DNA of 64,000 bases from Candidatus Omnitrophota bacterium (GCA_028280285.1 JANQMA010000014.1:907-64906); one strand, 5' to 3'; shown: positions 38,311 through 48,573, counted from the first letter of the stretch. A program made the numbers and translations. The notes: generated by a model not told the origin, from the letters alone.

Positions 38311-40011
38311 ATGACTAAACAAAAAAGAAAATATTCCTCCAAAGTTGTTGACGGTTATGATCGCGCACCGAGCCGTTCGATGCTGCGTGCAGTCGGATTT
38401 AAAGACGCGGATTTCAAAAAACCGCAAATCGGTATTGCCTCAACATGGAGCATGGTAACACCCTGTAACATGCACATCGATGGCCTGGCTAAAAAATCAT
38501 GTAAGGGTGTTGATGCGGCTGGCGGTAAAGGTGTTATCTTTAATACCATCACAATCTCCGATGGTATTTCCATGGGTAGTGAAGGGATGAAGTATTCGCT
38601 TGTTTCACGCGAGGTCATCGCTGATTCTTTAGAAACAGTTGTTGGTTGTCAGGGATTTGACGGTGTTGTGGCGATCGGCGGCTGTGATAAAAATATGCCT
38701 GGGTGTCTCATTGGCATGGCGCGCTTAAACCGTCCGTCTGTTTTTGTTTATGGTGGGACAATTTTACCGGGGTGTATGACAGGTAAGGAAGTCGGTAAAA
38801 AACTGGACATTGTCTCTGTCTTTGAAGCTGTCGGAGCCTACTCAAATAAAAAGATCTCAAATAAAGAATTAAAAAAAGTTGAAACACTTTCTATTCCCGG
38901 TCCTGGTTCATGTGGTGGGATGTATACGGCTAACACCATGGCATCAGCCATTGAAGCGTTAGGTATGAGTTTGCCGGGATCATCCGCCCAAAATGCGATT
39001 TCGAAAGAAAAATCAAAAGACTGTGTTGAGGCTGGTAAGGCCGTTCTTAATTTACTTCAAAAAAATATTCGTCCGCGCGATATTATGACACGTAAGGCCT
39101 TTGAAAATGCGATTACAGTTGTCACAGCGCTTGCCGGTTCAACCAACGCGGTTTTGCATTTGCTTGCCATGGCGAACGCTTGCGGCGTTAATCTTTCGAT
39201 TGATGATTTTACGCGTATCGGTAAAAAGGTTCCTGTTTTAGGCGATTTGAAACCAAGCGGTAAGTATTTAATGTCGGAATTAATTGCCATCGGCGGTATT
39301 CAACCGCTTATGAAGATGCTTCTTAAAAAAGGATTACTTCATGGCGATTGCATGACGGTCACCGGCAAAACAATGGCCCAAAATCTAAAGAACGTTAAGC
39401 CGTATCCGGTTAAACAGGATATTATCCGCCCATTCGATGATCCGATCAAAAAGACCGGACACTTGGTTATTCTCTACGGTAACTTAGCTAAGACCGGGGC
39501 GGTGGCCAAAATCAGTGGCAAGGAAGGGTTGTTTTTTTCTGGCAAGGCGATCGTTTTTGAATCGGAGGAAACAGCACTTCAGGCGATCCTTTCCGGCAAA
39601 GTTAAGAAGGGGCATGTTGTTGTTGTGCGCTACGAAGGGCCGAAGGGCGGACCTGGTATGCGTGAGATGTTATCTCCCACATCAGCCATTATGCGTAAAG
39701 GTTTGGGTAAAGATGTTGCGCTTATTACTGACGGACGTTTTTCCGGTGGAAGCCACGGTTTTGTTGTCGGGCATGTGTCTCCTGAAGCTTATGATGGCGG
39801 AACGATCGCCATTATCAAAAATGGGGACCCGATTACCATTGATGCCAAGAAACAAAAAATCAATTTAGATATTCCGGCAACGGAAATTAAAAAACGCTTA
39901 AAAGCTTGGAAACGACCGAAATCAAAATATACTAAAGGAGTCCTTGCGAAATATCGTCATACAGTATCGTCTGCTCATCTTGGAGCAGTAACAGATTTGG
40001 ATTTAACATAA
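38311..40011 (+). CDS. ilvD: Dihydroxy-acid dehydratase
   Basis: IlvD/EDD family; CDKNMPG and GGSCGGMYTANTM motifs. Confidence 0.95.
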   Translation: MTKQKRKYSSKVVDGYDRAPSRSMLRAVGFKDADFKKPQIGIASTWSMVTPCNMHIDGLAKKSCKGVDAAGGKGVIFNTITISDGISMGSEGMKYSLVSREVIADSLETVVGCQGFDGVVAIGGCDKNMPGCLIGMARLNRPSVFVYGGTILPGCMTGKEVGKKLDIVSVFEAVGAYSNKKISNKELKKVETLSIPGPGSCGGMYTANTMASAIEALGMSLPGSSAQNAISKEKSKDCVEAGKAVLNLLQKNIRPRDIMTRKAFENAITVVTALAGSTNAVLHLLAMANACGVNLSIDDFTRIGKKVPVLGDLKPSGKYLMSELIAIGGIQPLMKMLLKKGLLHGDCMTVTGKTMAQNLKNVKPYPVKQDIIRPFDDPIKKTGHLVILYGNLAKTGAVAKISGKEGLFFSGKAIVFESEETALQAILSGKVKKGHVVVVRYEGPKGGPGMREMLSPTSAIMRKGLGKDVALITDGRFSGGSHGFVVGHVSPEAYDGGTIAIIKNGDPITIDAKKQKINLDIPATEIKKRLKAWKRPKSKYTKGVLAKYRHTVSSAHLGAVTDLDLT

Positions 40012-41093
40012 TGGCTGGAAATATTTACGGCGACATCTTTAAAGTCACAACCTTCGGTGAATCCCATGGACCGGCGATCGGATGCATTGTCGATGGTGTT
40101 CCACCGGGACTTGAACTATCTGAAAGCGATATTCAATATGATTTAGACCGCCGCAAGCCGGGCCAAAGTAAAATTACAACGCAAAGACAAGAGGCCGATG
40201 CCGTTGAAATCCTCTCAGGTGTGTTTGAGGGCAAAACAACAGGATGTTCGCTTGCGCTTCTGATTCGCAATAAAGACCACCGTTCCAAAGACTATTCCAA
40301 TATCAAAGACATTTTCCGTCCCGGGCATGCGGACTACACCTTTTTAAAGAAATACGGTCTGCGTGATTACCGTGGGGGTGGACGTTCTTCAGGACGCGAG
40401 ACCGCCGCTCGTGTTGCTGCCGGAGCGGTTGCCAAAAAAATTCTTCAAGTACACGGAATCAATATTATTGCTTATACAAAATCCGTCGGTGATGTTGAGG
40501 CCAAAAAGATTGATTATTCCGTCATCGAGCAAAATATTGTGCGTGCCCCTGATTTAAAGGCAGCCGATAAAATGATTGAAGTTATTGAAGCGGCCCGTAA
40601 GAATACCGATTCCATCGGTGGTGTTGTCGAAGCTGTGATCCATAAATGCCCACCGGGACTGGGCGATCCTGTCTTTGGTAAGCTCAATGCCAAACTATCG
40701 TACGGCCTGATGTCGATCGGTACTATCCGTGGCATAGAATTCGGCCTGGGTTTTGACGCCACCAAAATGCATGGCAGTGAGCACAATGATAAATTTTATA
40801 TGGATGGTGACCGTGTGCGCACAATGTCCAATAATGCCTCCGGCATGCTCGGTGGTATTTCTAACGGCGAGGATATTATCCTGCGTGTTGCCGTTAAGCC
40901 GCCTTCATCGATTGCTCAGACACAGCAAACAGTCAGCATTGATGGGAAAGATACAACGTGCGAGGTAAAGGGAAGGCACGATCCTTGTATTTGCCCACGG
41001 GTGGTTCCTGTGGTTGAATCGATGATTGCACTTACGGTCGTTGATTGTTTGATGCTTCATAAAGCCATTCAATTACCCGACACTGATGACTAA
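40011..41093 (+). CDS. aroC: Chorismate synthase
   Basis: GESHG, RSSGRETA and GG(I/S)SNG motifs. Confidence 0.95.
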   Translation: MAGNIYGDIFKVTTFGESHGPAIGCIVDGVPPGLELSESDIQYDLDRRKPGQSKITTQRQEADAVEILSGVFEGKTTGCSLALLIRNKDHRSKDYSNIKDIFRPGHADYTFLKKYGLRDYRGGGRSSGRETAARVAAGAVAKKILQVHGINIIAYTKSVGDVEAKKIDYSVIEQNIVRAPDLKAADKMIEVIEAARKNTDSIGGVVEAVIHKCPPGLGDPVFGKLNAKLSYGLMSIGTIRGIEFGLGFDATKMHGSEHNDKFYMDGDRVRTMSNNASGMLGGISNGEDIILRVAVKPPSSIAQTQQTVSIDGKDTTCEVKGRHDPCICPRVVPVVESMIALTVVDCLMLHKAIQLPDTDD

Positions 41094-41952
41094 TTCCAAT
41101 AAAAAAACGGTTTTGATTACAGGCTGCTCCAGCGGTTTTGGATTTGTAACGGCCGTTCATTTAGCCCGCGCAGGTTATGATGTGATTGCCACTATGCGCA
41201 ATTTAGATAAACAAAACCCGCTGATCAATGAGCTTCATTTACATAACGTCGATGCAAAAATCAAACAATTAGATGTCACTGATAAAACTTCTGTTCAAAA
41301 GTGTATCGATGAAATAGCCGAAGAGAGAGGGTATATTGATATCCTTATCAATAATGCCGGTGGGGTTATGGCCGGATCATTCGAAGATTTGACCGATGAA
41401 GAGATACGTGGACAGTTAGAAGTAAATTTTTTTGGCGTGCAAAATGTCACACGAGCCTGTATCCCGCTTATGCGTCAGCGGCCAGGCACGAAGATTATCA
41501 ATATATCCAGTGTTTCAGGATTTTCCGCAACACCGTGCTTAGGCGCTTACTCGACGTCCAAATGGGCGCTGGAGGCGTTTTCAGAAAGTCTTCGTTATGA
41601 ACTCAAACAATTTGATATTGATGTTTTACTTGTTCAACCTGGTTCTTACATAACCAAAATCTTTACAGAGAACGCACGTACCGCACAAAAATTCAAATCC
41701 CCGGATAGTCCGTATACAAAGACATCAATACTTTTAGAAAATCGTATCAATGATATCTTAAAAGATAATAAAAAAGATATCAGTGAAATACCGGAGTTAA
41801 TTGAAAAGTTAATTGTGCAAAAAAGACCAAAGTTTCGTAATATTCCGGATTTGGAAAGTAAAATTCAATACACGCTGCGCAAATTCTTTCCCTATAGCTG
41901 GTATGAAGCCATTGTCAGCCAAGTCTTAAATCTCAGATCCTTAAAGAAATAA
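41086..41952 (+). CDS. Short-chain dehydrogenase/reductase (SDR)
   Basis: TGCSSGFG Rossmann motif and YSTSK catalytic motif. Confidence 0.8.
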   Translation: MTNSNKKTVLITGCSSGFGFVTAVHLARAGYDVIATMRNLDKQNPLINELHLHNVDAKIKQLDVTDKTSVQKCIDEIAEERGYIDILINNAGGVMAGSFEDLTDEEIRGQLEVNFFGVQNVTRACIPLMRQRPGTKIINISSVSGFSATPCLGAYSTSKWALEAFSESLRYELKQFDIDVLLVQPGSYITKIFTENARTAQKFKSPDSPYTKTSILLENRINDILKDNKKDISEIPELIEKLIVQKRPKFRNIPDLESKIQYTLRKFFPYSWYEAIVSQVLNLRSLKK

Positions 41953-42015
41953 GGTTTTAGGTGTTGGGTGTTAGTCGACTAAAAACCCAAAACCTTACAC
42001 CTTAAGCCTTTTTTT
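41951..42015. terminator. Bidirectional terminator-like heptamer palindrome between convergent SDR (+) and MBL hydrolase (-) genes
   Basis: aaggtttta ggtgttg ggtgtta gtcgac taaaaac ccaaaac cttacac cttaagcc followed by ttttttt at 42009-42015; T-rich on the opposite side as well. Confidence 0.55.
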
Positions 42016-42715
42016 ACAGCATGAAACCCATACGTTGGACAAGAAAATCTTCCTCAGAGTCGGCTTGCAGGTAAGGATTAGTTTGTTTTTGATCGCCCAG
42101 TGTAGCATAGGGGGTAGAACCATAATTGTGCCCGGGGAAAAGAATAAGATCATCGGGAAGTTTGAGGATAACATCATAAAGCGAATGATACATTTGTTTA
42201 GGGTTTGAGCCCGGCAAATCCGCACGTCCGCAACCGTCGATAAAAATGGCATCACCGGCAATACACGCATTCTTATAAATAAAAAGCTGACAGCCCGGTG
42301 AATGGCCCGGCACATGCATACAGGTTAATTCAATGCCACCGATCATAACTTTACCGCCATCATCGACCTTATTCATTTGGTTATAGCGCGGAACCTTTCC
42401 ATAATCATCGGTTTCATGCACAGAGACATAAGCGTCAACTGGATAACGGTCCGTCATTTCATCAAAACCTTGGATATGATCGGGATGGCAATGAGTGAGA
42501 AGTACGGCAACGATTTTGTAACCCTTTTTTTCCGCCTCACGGCAAAGAAAATCGACATCCCAGGCCGGATCGACAACAGCGATTTCACTCGTCCGTTTAT
42601 CCCCAATAAAATAGATAAAATTATTGAGCGGACCGATTTCCTTTTGTTCTAGAATTAATTCTTCCGGAAGATTCATAGTAATCATCATTATAGTGTATTG
42701 ACAGAATATTGTCAC
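42014..42715 (-). CDS. Metallo-beta-lactamase-fold hydrolase (hydroxyacylglutathione hydrolase / glyoxalase II-like)
   Basis: THCHPDH metal-binding motif and MBL fold. Confidence 0.75.
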   Translation of the reverse strand: MTIFCQYTIMMITMNLPEELILEQKEIGPLNNFIYFIGDKRTSEIAVVDPAWDVDFLCREAEKKGYKIVAVLLTHCHPDHIQGFDEMTDRYPVDAYVSVHETDDYGKVPRYNQMNKVDDGGKVMIGGIELTCMHVPGHSPGCQLFIYKNACIAGDAIFIDGCGRADLPGSNPKQMYHSLYDVILKLPDDLILFPGHNYGSTPYATLGDQKQTNPYLQADSEEDFLVQRMGFML

Positions 42716-42740
42716 TCTCTATAATAGGAAAAGACATAGC

Positions 42741-42796
42741 GTAGGGGACGCTCGCGAGCGTCCCTCAAATTAGGGCCGTTCACGAACGGCCCCTAC
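42741..42796. promoter_or_regulatory. Nested GC-rich palindromes in an AT-rich divergent promoter region
   Basis: gtagggg [acgctcgcgagcgt] ccctcaaattaggg [ccgttcacgaacgg] cccctac. Contains a perfect 20-bp palindrome gggacgctcgcgagcgtccc (42744-42763) and the near-palindrome gggccgttcacgaacggccc, enclosed by a gtagggg / cccctac outer stem. Confidence 0.4.
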
Positions 42797-42834
42797 TATT
42801 ATCCATGCTATTTAATATTTAACAAAGGACTCCC

Positions 42835-43386
42835 ATGGCCCTCATTGAATCGATATCTATTCCGCTTGGCACCACAATGCCACACTTCAAGCTAAATGAT
42901 GCCAACGGAACAAGTTTTGACAGTGATGATCTATTTATCGACAGTAAAGGACTTTTAGTCGCTTTCACCTGTAATCATTGTCCGTATGCTATCGCGGTCT
43001 GGCCGCGATTAATTGATCTAGCTGAACATGCCCAAGAGCTTGATATTGCCACCGTTGCCATTAACCCAAATATCAATCCAGATTACTCCGAGGATTCTGC
43101 CGAAAAAATGGCTGAAAAAGTAGACGAATGGGATATGGGGCTTCCATATTTAGTGGATCAAGAGCAATCAACCGCCAAGGCCTTCAAGGCCCAATGCACG
43201 CCTGACATCTATCTTTTTGATGCTAATCAAAAACTGGTCTACCATGGCCGCATTGATGATAATTGGAAAGACCCATCCAAGGTGACGAAAGAGGAACTCA
43301 AGGAGGCCATCAATGCTTTAGCCGCCGGCACAGACATCAACCCCGACCAAAAACCCACTATGGGTTGCTCGATTAAATGGTGTTAA
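42835..43386 (+). CDS. Thioredoxin-fold thiol-disulfide oxidoreductase (AhpC/TSA-redoxin-like)
   Basis: CNHCPY CxxC active-site motif in a thioredoxin-like fold. Confidence 0.6.
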   Translation: MALIESISIPLGTTMPHFKLNDANGTSFDSDDLFIDSKGLLVAFTCNHCPYAIAVWPRLIDLAEHAQELDIATVAINPNINPDYSEDSAEKMAEKVDEWDMGLPYLVDQEQSTAKAFKAQCTPDIYLFDANQKLVYHGRIDDNWKDPSKVTKEELKEAINALAAGTDINPDQKPTMGCSIKWC

Positions 43387-43398
43387 AAAGGAGTAAAA

Positions 43399-43776
43399 AT
43401 GACAGTTACAGAAGAAAACATCGCCGCATTATTTGACCGTTGGAATGAATCTTTGCAAACAGGAAACCCTGCGAAAGTGGTCGATAATTATGCAGAGCGC
43501 TCTATTTTGCTGCCAACCGTTTCGAATAAACCACGCTTAACGCGCGCGGAAAAAGAAGATTATTTCGTTCACTTTTTAGCGAACTCACCCTCGGGAACGA
43601 TTGACATGCGTCATATTGATATCAACGGTGATGTGGCCGTTGATTCCGGGCTTTACTCATTTACCTTTGCTAAGACAGGGGATGTGGTTAAAGCGCGTTA
43701 TACGTTTGTTTATCAGTGGGATGGCGAACAATGGCTTATTATTAGTCATCACTCTTCAGGCATGCCGGAAGGTTAA
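43399..43776 (+). CDS. SnoaL-like / DUF4440 (NTF2-fold) protein
   Basis: About 125 aa with an NTF2-like pattern ([12 protein letters not shown] ... [14 protein letters not shown]). Confidence 0.5.
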   Translation: MTVTEENIAALFDRWNESLQTGNPAKVVDNYAERSILLPTVSNKPRLTRAEKEDYFVHFLANSPSGTIDMRHIDINGDVAVDSGLYSFTFAKTGDVVKARYTFVYQWDGEQWLIISHHSSGMPEG

Positions 43777-44258
43777 AAATCAATTCTGATATGCGTGCTT
43801 TTTGTTTCGAGTTTACGGTGTGTAACGCCTGCCATGTCCAACATTTTCTTTGAGGCAATGTCGGTTGGTGTGCCGTTATATTTATCCGAGAGATAAACGA
43901 CTTCACTGATACCGGATTGAATAATCAATTTCGTACATTCATTGCACGGAAATAAGGCCACATAGATGCGGGCGCCTTTAAGACTCTGTACAGAGTTAAG
44001 AATGGCATTCGCTTCGGCATGAACAACGTAAGGATATTTTGTGTCATTTGTGTCTTCGGCCTCCCGTCCCCAAGGGAGATCCTCATCGGAACATCCGCGA
44101 GGAAATCCATTATACCCTATCCCGACAATCCGATTGTCCTGATTGACAATGCAAGCACCAACCTGGGTACTAGGATCTTTGCTGCGATGAGCAGAGAGAA
44201 GGGCAATGCCCATAAAGTATTCATCCCAACCAATATAATCTGTACGTTTTGTTTCCAT
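43773..44258 (-). CDS. comEB: dCMP deaminase (cytidine/deoxycytidylate deaminase family)
   Basis: HAEANAI and PCNECTKLI zinc-binding motifs. Confidence 0.85.
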   Translation of the reverse strand: METKRTDYIGWDEYFMGIALLSAHRSKDPSTQVGACIVNQDNRIVGIGYNGFPRGCSDEDLPWGREAEDTNDTKYPYVVHAEANAILNSVQSLKGARIYVALFPCNECTKLIIQSGISEVVYLSDKYNGTPTDIASKKMLDMAGVTHRKLETKSTHIRIDF

Positions 44259-44360
44259 GGTTTAAGTTATCCTTTCTTAAAGAGGTATTTAAGCTAGCAT
44301 ACTTGCGGTAAGTAATCAACTATTACAAGTGTTGATTGTTTTTAGATAGAAAAAATTTCC

Positions 44361-44404
44361 ATTTGACAAAACCACATGGGTGTGGATAATAAACAGAAAA
44401 ATTT
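44361..44404 (+). promoter_or_regulatory. Candidate zur-znu operon promoter (TTGACA-17-ATAATA) with an overlapping AT palindrome (candidate Zur box)
   Basis: TTGACA at 44361-44366, spacer aaaccacatgggtgtgg, then ATAATA; the downstream agaaaaattttct near-palindrome overlaps the predicted transcription start. Confidence 0.4.
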
Positions 44405-44415
44405 TCTATTTACCT

Positions 44416-44826
44416 ATGAGTGATTACTTATCAAAATTGAGAGAAAACGGTCTTAAGGTAACCCCTAAACGCTTGGCAATTATAGACTTTTTTGCCGAGA
44501 AAAATTGTGCGCTTACCCCCGAAGAAGTGTGGGTGCCACTGAAAAAAAAATTTGGCCAATTAGGTTTGCCAAGTGTCTATCGTAATCTTGAGGCACTTGC
44601 GGACTGTGGTATTTTAACGCGGATTCATCAATTTGATAATAAGCGTCATTATGCGCTTTGCCCTTGCAATCCATATCATAATTATCACATTGTATGTAGT
44701 GAATGTGGGAAGGTGGAGCAAGTTGAAGACAACCTTTTAGAAGGACTGACGGAGGTCAAAGGGTTTAAGGTACTGAATCATTTTCTACAATTAGAAGGGA
44801 TCTGTGAAACATGCGAAAAGAATTAA
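44416..44826 (+). CDS. zur: Fur-family zinc uptake regulator
   Basis: Fur fold with C-terminal CxxC pairs (CPCNP...CSECGK, CETCEK); directly upstream of znuACB. The start is placed at the ATG downstream of the predicted promoter rather than 44380. Confidence 0.75.
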   Translation: MSDYLSKLRENGLKVTPKRLAIIDFFAEKNCALTPEEVWVPLKKKFGQLGLPSVYRNLEALADCGILTRIHQFDNKRHYALCPCNPYHNYHIVCSECGKVEQVEDNLLEGLTEVKGFKVLNHFLQLEGICETCEKN

Positions 44827-45701
44827 TGAGATCAATTAAACTAACGCTATTAGTTTTTATTAGTTTGCTTACCGGTGTTCAGGGTGTTCATGCCAATGAA
44901 ACTGTGAAAGTGGCCACAACCATCCTGCCAATCAAAAATTTTGTTGAAAAAGTAGGCGGCGATAAGGTCGAAGCGTTCTCACTTATTCCTCCAGGGGGTA
45001 ACCCGCATACGTATGAACCAACGCCTGGTCAAATGAAGAAATTCTCAGAGGTAGATCTTTTTGTCAAACTAAGTATGCATTTTGAATTTGAAGAAACATG
45101 GATTCCAAAGCTTGAAAAACTTAATAAAAAAGTAAAAACTGTTAATTCCTCTAGAAATATCACACCAATTCCAATGATTGAAGGTGGACATCATGATCAT
45201 CACGATCACCATGATCACGGGCAGTGGGATCCGCACACATGGGTATCTATTAAAAACGCAATGGTTATAGCTTCAACAATTAAGGATGCCTTAGTCGATC
45301 ATGATCCGGCCAATGCAGACTATTATAGAGAAAATGCGCAAAACTTTTTGATTGAACTTGACGATCTTCATCAAGAAATTAAACAAAGTCTAAATGATAA
45401 AAAACAACGGGCCATTTTTATTTATCATCCTGCTTGGGGATATTTTGCCCATGATTATGGTTTAGAACAAGTTGTGATCGAGCAACATGGTAAAGAACCT
45501 TCGGCTAAAGATTTGGCTCGTTTTGTCAAACAAGCGAATGACAGGGGAATTAAAGCAATTTTTACATCTCCGGAGTTTAGTGATAAAAGCGCAAAAGTTA
45601 TTGCGAGTGAAATTGGCGGAAGGGTAGTTTCGATTGACCATTTAGGTGAAAACTTTGTGAGTAATATGCGTGAAGCAGGAAAAGCTTTTCAAGCTAATTG
45701 A
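44811..45701 (+). CDS. znuA: Zinc ABC transporter substrate-binding protein with a His-rich loop
   Basis: Signal peptide, cluster-9 solute-binding fold, and a GGHHDHHDHHDHGQWDPH loop typical of ZnuA. Confidence 0.9.
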   Translation: MRKELMRSIKLTLLVFISLLTGVQGVHANETVKVATTILPIKNFVEKVGGDKVEAFSLIPPGGNPHTYEPTPGQMKKFSEVDLFVKLSMHFEFEETWIPKLEKLNKKVKTVNSSRNITPIPMIEGGHHDHHDHHDHGQWDPHTWVSIKNAMVIASTIKDALVDHDPANADYYRENAQNFLIELDDLHQEIKQSLNDKKQRAIFIYHPAWGYFAHDYGLEQVVIEQHGKEPSAKDLARFVKQANDRGIKAIFTSPEFSDKSAKVIASEIGGRVVSIDHLGENFVSNMREAGKAFQAN

Positions 45702-46441
45702 TTTTTTATATGGATACTTGCGTGGCAGTTCAAAATGTTTCTTTTTCTTATGGAAATGTACAGGTTATTCACAATGTGAATCTGGATATTAAGGAAAAAG
45801 ATTTTTTAGGAATTATCGGTCCAAATGGTGGTGGTAAAACAACGTTGCTCAAAATTATACTTGGTTTACTTAAACCTACACAAGGTGATGTGACTGTATT
45901 TGGTCAGTCACCTGTTGAAGGCCGGCGAGAAATCGGTTATATTCCTCAAATCATGAACTTTGATCGTAATTTTCCGATAAGTGTGCGTGATGTTGTGTTG
46001 ATGGGATGTATGCCGCGCCGTGGGATTATGAAACGATGTACTTCGCAATGTTATAATCAATCGACCGAAGTACTAAAGAGTGTTGATATGCTTAATTATG
46101 CGGATCATCCAATGGGTCAATTATCGCAAGGCCAGCAACAACGTGTGTTTATTGCGCGGGCGCTTGCGGGTAATCCAAAGTTGCTTTTAATGGATGAGCC
46201 AACGGCGAGTGTTGATCCAACGATTCAATCAAATTTTTATTCTTTATTAGTTAAGCTTAATAAAGATATTCCGGTTGTTTTGGTTTCGCACGATATCGGC
46301 GTTATATCAGCGTATGTTACAAAGATTGCATGTTTAAATCGCGAATTGTATTATCATGATGCGAAAGAAATTACCGAAGAAGATTTTCAAAAAGTGTATG
46401 GTGCTTCGCATCGTTTTTTAAAGGAGCATAAACATGGTTGA
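45698..46441 (+). CDS. znuC: Zinc ABC transporter ATP-binding protein
   Basis: Walker A GPNGGGKTT, ABC signature LSQGQQQR and Walker B LLLMDEP. Confidence 0.9.
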   Translation: MIFYMDTCVAVQNVSFSYGNVQVIHNVNLDIKEKDFLGIIGPNGGGKTTLLKIILGLLKPTQGDVTVFGQSPVEGRREIGYIPQIMNFDRNFPISVRDVVLMGCMPRRGIMKRCTSQCYNQSTEVLKSVDMLNYADHPMGQLSQGQQQRVFIARALAGNPKLLLMDEPTASVDPTIQSNFYSLLVKLNKDIPVVLVSHDIGVISAYVTKIACLNRELYYHDAKEITEEDFQKVYGASHRFLKEHKHG

Positions 46442-47234
46442 GCTGCTTCAATTTGAGTTTATGCAAAATGCGTTTCTTGCGGCTATCCTGACAAGCATTG
46501 TTTGCGGTGTTATCGGAAGCTTTGTTGTGATTCGCCGCCTTGTATTTATTAGTAGTGGGATTGCGCATGCGGCGTTCGGAGGCATAGGGATTGGTTATTA
46601 TTTAGGAATTAATCCCTTGCTTGGCATTTTACCTTTTAGTTTACTCTCTGCACTAGGCATTGGAGTGATTAGCCAAAGAAAGTGGGCGTCGGAAGATAGT
46701 CTTATCGGGATTTTCTGGGCGGTGGGAATGTCGATCGGTGTGATTTTTATCGGGCTCACGCCGGGTTATGCGCCTGATTTATTTAGCTATTTATTTGGAA
46801 GTATTTTGACAGTTCCACGTTCAGATCTTTTTGTTATGAGTGGTTTGTGTGTCAGTGTGCTGCTAGTTGTTTATGCGTTCTATCGTCCTTTTGTGGCAAT
46901 GTGTTTTGAAGAAGAGTCAGCGCAAGTTTTAGGTATTCCCGTTGGTATTTTGTATCTTGTTTTATTATGTCTTATTGCCGTTGCTGTTGTGATTATGGTA
47001 AGGATCGTTGGTATTGTTCTTGTGATTGCGCTTTTAACCATTCCAGCGACGATTGCCCGGCAGTATACGCATAATCTTAAACGTATGATGTTACTCGCGA
47101 TTGCGATCGGCATTGGATGTACCTTTGGAGGGCTGTATTTGTCTTACAAGTTTGATTTGGCTTCAGGGGCTACAATTATTGTGGTTTCTGGTTTGGCGTT
47201 TATTATGTCAGTACTTGTGCCCAAAAAGGGATAA
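46434..47234 (+). CDS. znuB: Zinc ABC transporter permease
   Basis: Eight-TM ABC-3 family permease. Confidence 0.9.
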   Translation: MVELLQFEFMQNAFLAAILTSIVCGVIGSFVVIRRLVFISSGIAHAAFGGIGIGYYLGINPLLGILPFSLLSALGIGVISQRKWASEDSLIGIFWAVGMSIGVIFIGLTPGYAPDLFSYLFGSILTVPRSDLFVMSGLCVSVLLVVYAFYRPFVAMCFEEESAQVLGIPVGILYLVLLCLIAVAVVIMVRIVGIVLVIALLTIPATIARQYTHNLKRMMLLAIAIGIGCTFGGLYLSYKFDLASGATIIVVSGLAFIMSVLVPKKG

Positions 47235-47269
47235 ACTTTTTAAATTATAAATGAAAGAATATATTAAAA

Positions 47270-48385
47270 ATGAAACATGATGTTGTCATTATAGGCGCCG
47301 GAGCGGCAGGCGTAGGGATCGCTGCTATGCTTAAGGATTTGGGTGTGGAAGATATGCTCATTCTTGAACGGGACATTGTTGGCGCAACGTTCGATAAATG
47401 GCCGAAAGAAATGCAGCTGATCACGCCCTCGTTTACAACGAACTTCTATGGTCATCTTGATTTAAATGCCATTGCATCCGGAACATCTCCTGCGTTTACG
47501 CTACGCAAGGAACATCCAACCGGTCGAGAATATGCAAAATATTTAAGGGGGGTATCAGAATATTATGACTTGGATGTTAAGGGGAATACAAATGTCAGTG
47601 CAGTGACGTATTCTGATAACTCTTTTAAAATAGATATCGGTGAAGATAAGCCGATGGAGTCCCGTTTTGTGATTTGGGCCGCTGGTGAATTTCAGTATCC
47701 CAATACAAGCTCTTTTCCAGGCGCTGAATTGTGTTTGCATAACAGTTTGGTTGCCAGTTGGAAACAGATTAAAGGTGATGATATTTATATTATTGGTGGT
47801 TATGAAAGTGGCATTGATGCGGCCGTCCATTTAAGCCGGTTAGGTAAAAAGGTTTATGTGTTAGACGGTGATGCGCGCTGGAATAAAAAAACCACAGACC
47901 CCAGTGAGAATTTATCACCTTTTACCATGGAGAGATTAAAAGAAGAGCTGAAACATGGACGGATTGAACTCATTGGGGGTTCAAAGATTAAAGCTATTCG
48001 CCGTGAAGATGATCAGTATGTGATTGATGTTCAGAGAAAAGCTACCTCTTATCACAGCCAAGCACAACCTATTTTAGCGACAGGATTCAAAAGTAGTCTG
48101 ACGCTGATTAACAATCTGTTTGATTGGGAAGAGGAAGAATCATATGCGCTGCTTACGGAGGAGGATGAATCCACTAAAACACCTGGATTGTTTCTCGTTG
48201 GGCCGCAAGTGCGTCACGATGATCTTATTTTTTGTTTTATTTATAAATACCGCCAACGCTTTGGCGTGGTTGCCAATGCGATTGGAGAAAGATTAGGAAT
48301 GGATACAACAATGCTTGAGATATATAGAAGAGAAGGACTCTACTTAGATGACTTGAGCTGTTGTGGAGAGGAGTGTATTTGCTAA
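47270..48385 (+). CDS. FAD/NAD(P)-binding oxidoreductase with a Cys-rich C-terminal tail (CCGEECIC)
   Basis: N-terminal GxGxxG (VVIIGAGAAGVG) and a second dinucleotide-binding motif (IIGGYESGIDAA); ends ...DDLSCCGEECIC. Confidence 0.6.
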   Translation: MKHDVVIIGAGAAGVGIAAMLKDLGVEDMLILERDIVGATFDKWPKEMQLITPSFTTNFYGHLDLNAIASGTSPAFTLRKEHPTGREYAKYLRGVSEYYDLDVKGNTNVSAVTYSDNSFKIDIGEDKPMESRFVIWAAGEFQYPNTSSFPGAELCLHNSLVASWKQIKGDDIYIIGGYESGIDAAVHLSRLGKKVYVLDGDARWNKKTTDPSENLSPFTMERLKEELKHGRIELIGGSKIKAIRREDDQYVIDVQRKATSYHSQAQPILATGFKSSLTLINNLFDWEEEESYALLTEEDESTKTPGLFLVGPQVRHDDLIFCFIYKYRQRFGVVANAIGERLGMDTTMLEIYRREGLYLDDLSCCGEECIC

Positions 48386-48573
48386 TGAGTGAAGAATTAA
48401 TTCAAGGAAAAGTTAAATCTAAAATATGCTTGGCGTGGTTGTTTCAGCTTATAGCGAGTTTATCGTGGATGATCTCTGTTTTTGTCTATGGATCCTATGA
48501 GCTGGGAGACTGCTTACAATTGTTAGCGGCATCTGCGTGGACTGTATCTAATGTAATAAGTTTTTTTCAATAG
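48361..48573 (+). CDS. Small 2-TM membrane protein
   Basis: ORF overlapping the oxidoreductase 3' end; hydrophobic. Confidence 0.3.
   Translation: MWRGVYLLMSEELIQGKVKSKICLAWLFQLIASLSWMISVFVYGSYELGDCLQLLAASAWTVSNVISFFQ

Noticed and set aside
42741-42796. The cloverleaf-like nested palindromes could be a tRNA or tmRNA-like gene
   Set aside because: Only about 56 nt; the loops are 0-6 nt; there is no anticodon loop, no T-loop (GTTCRANYC) and no CCA context. Kept as a regulatory/structural element instead.
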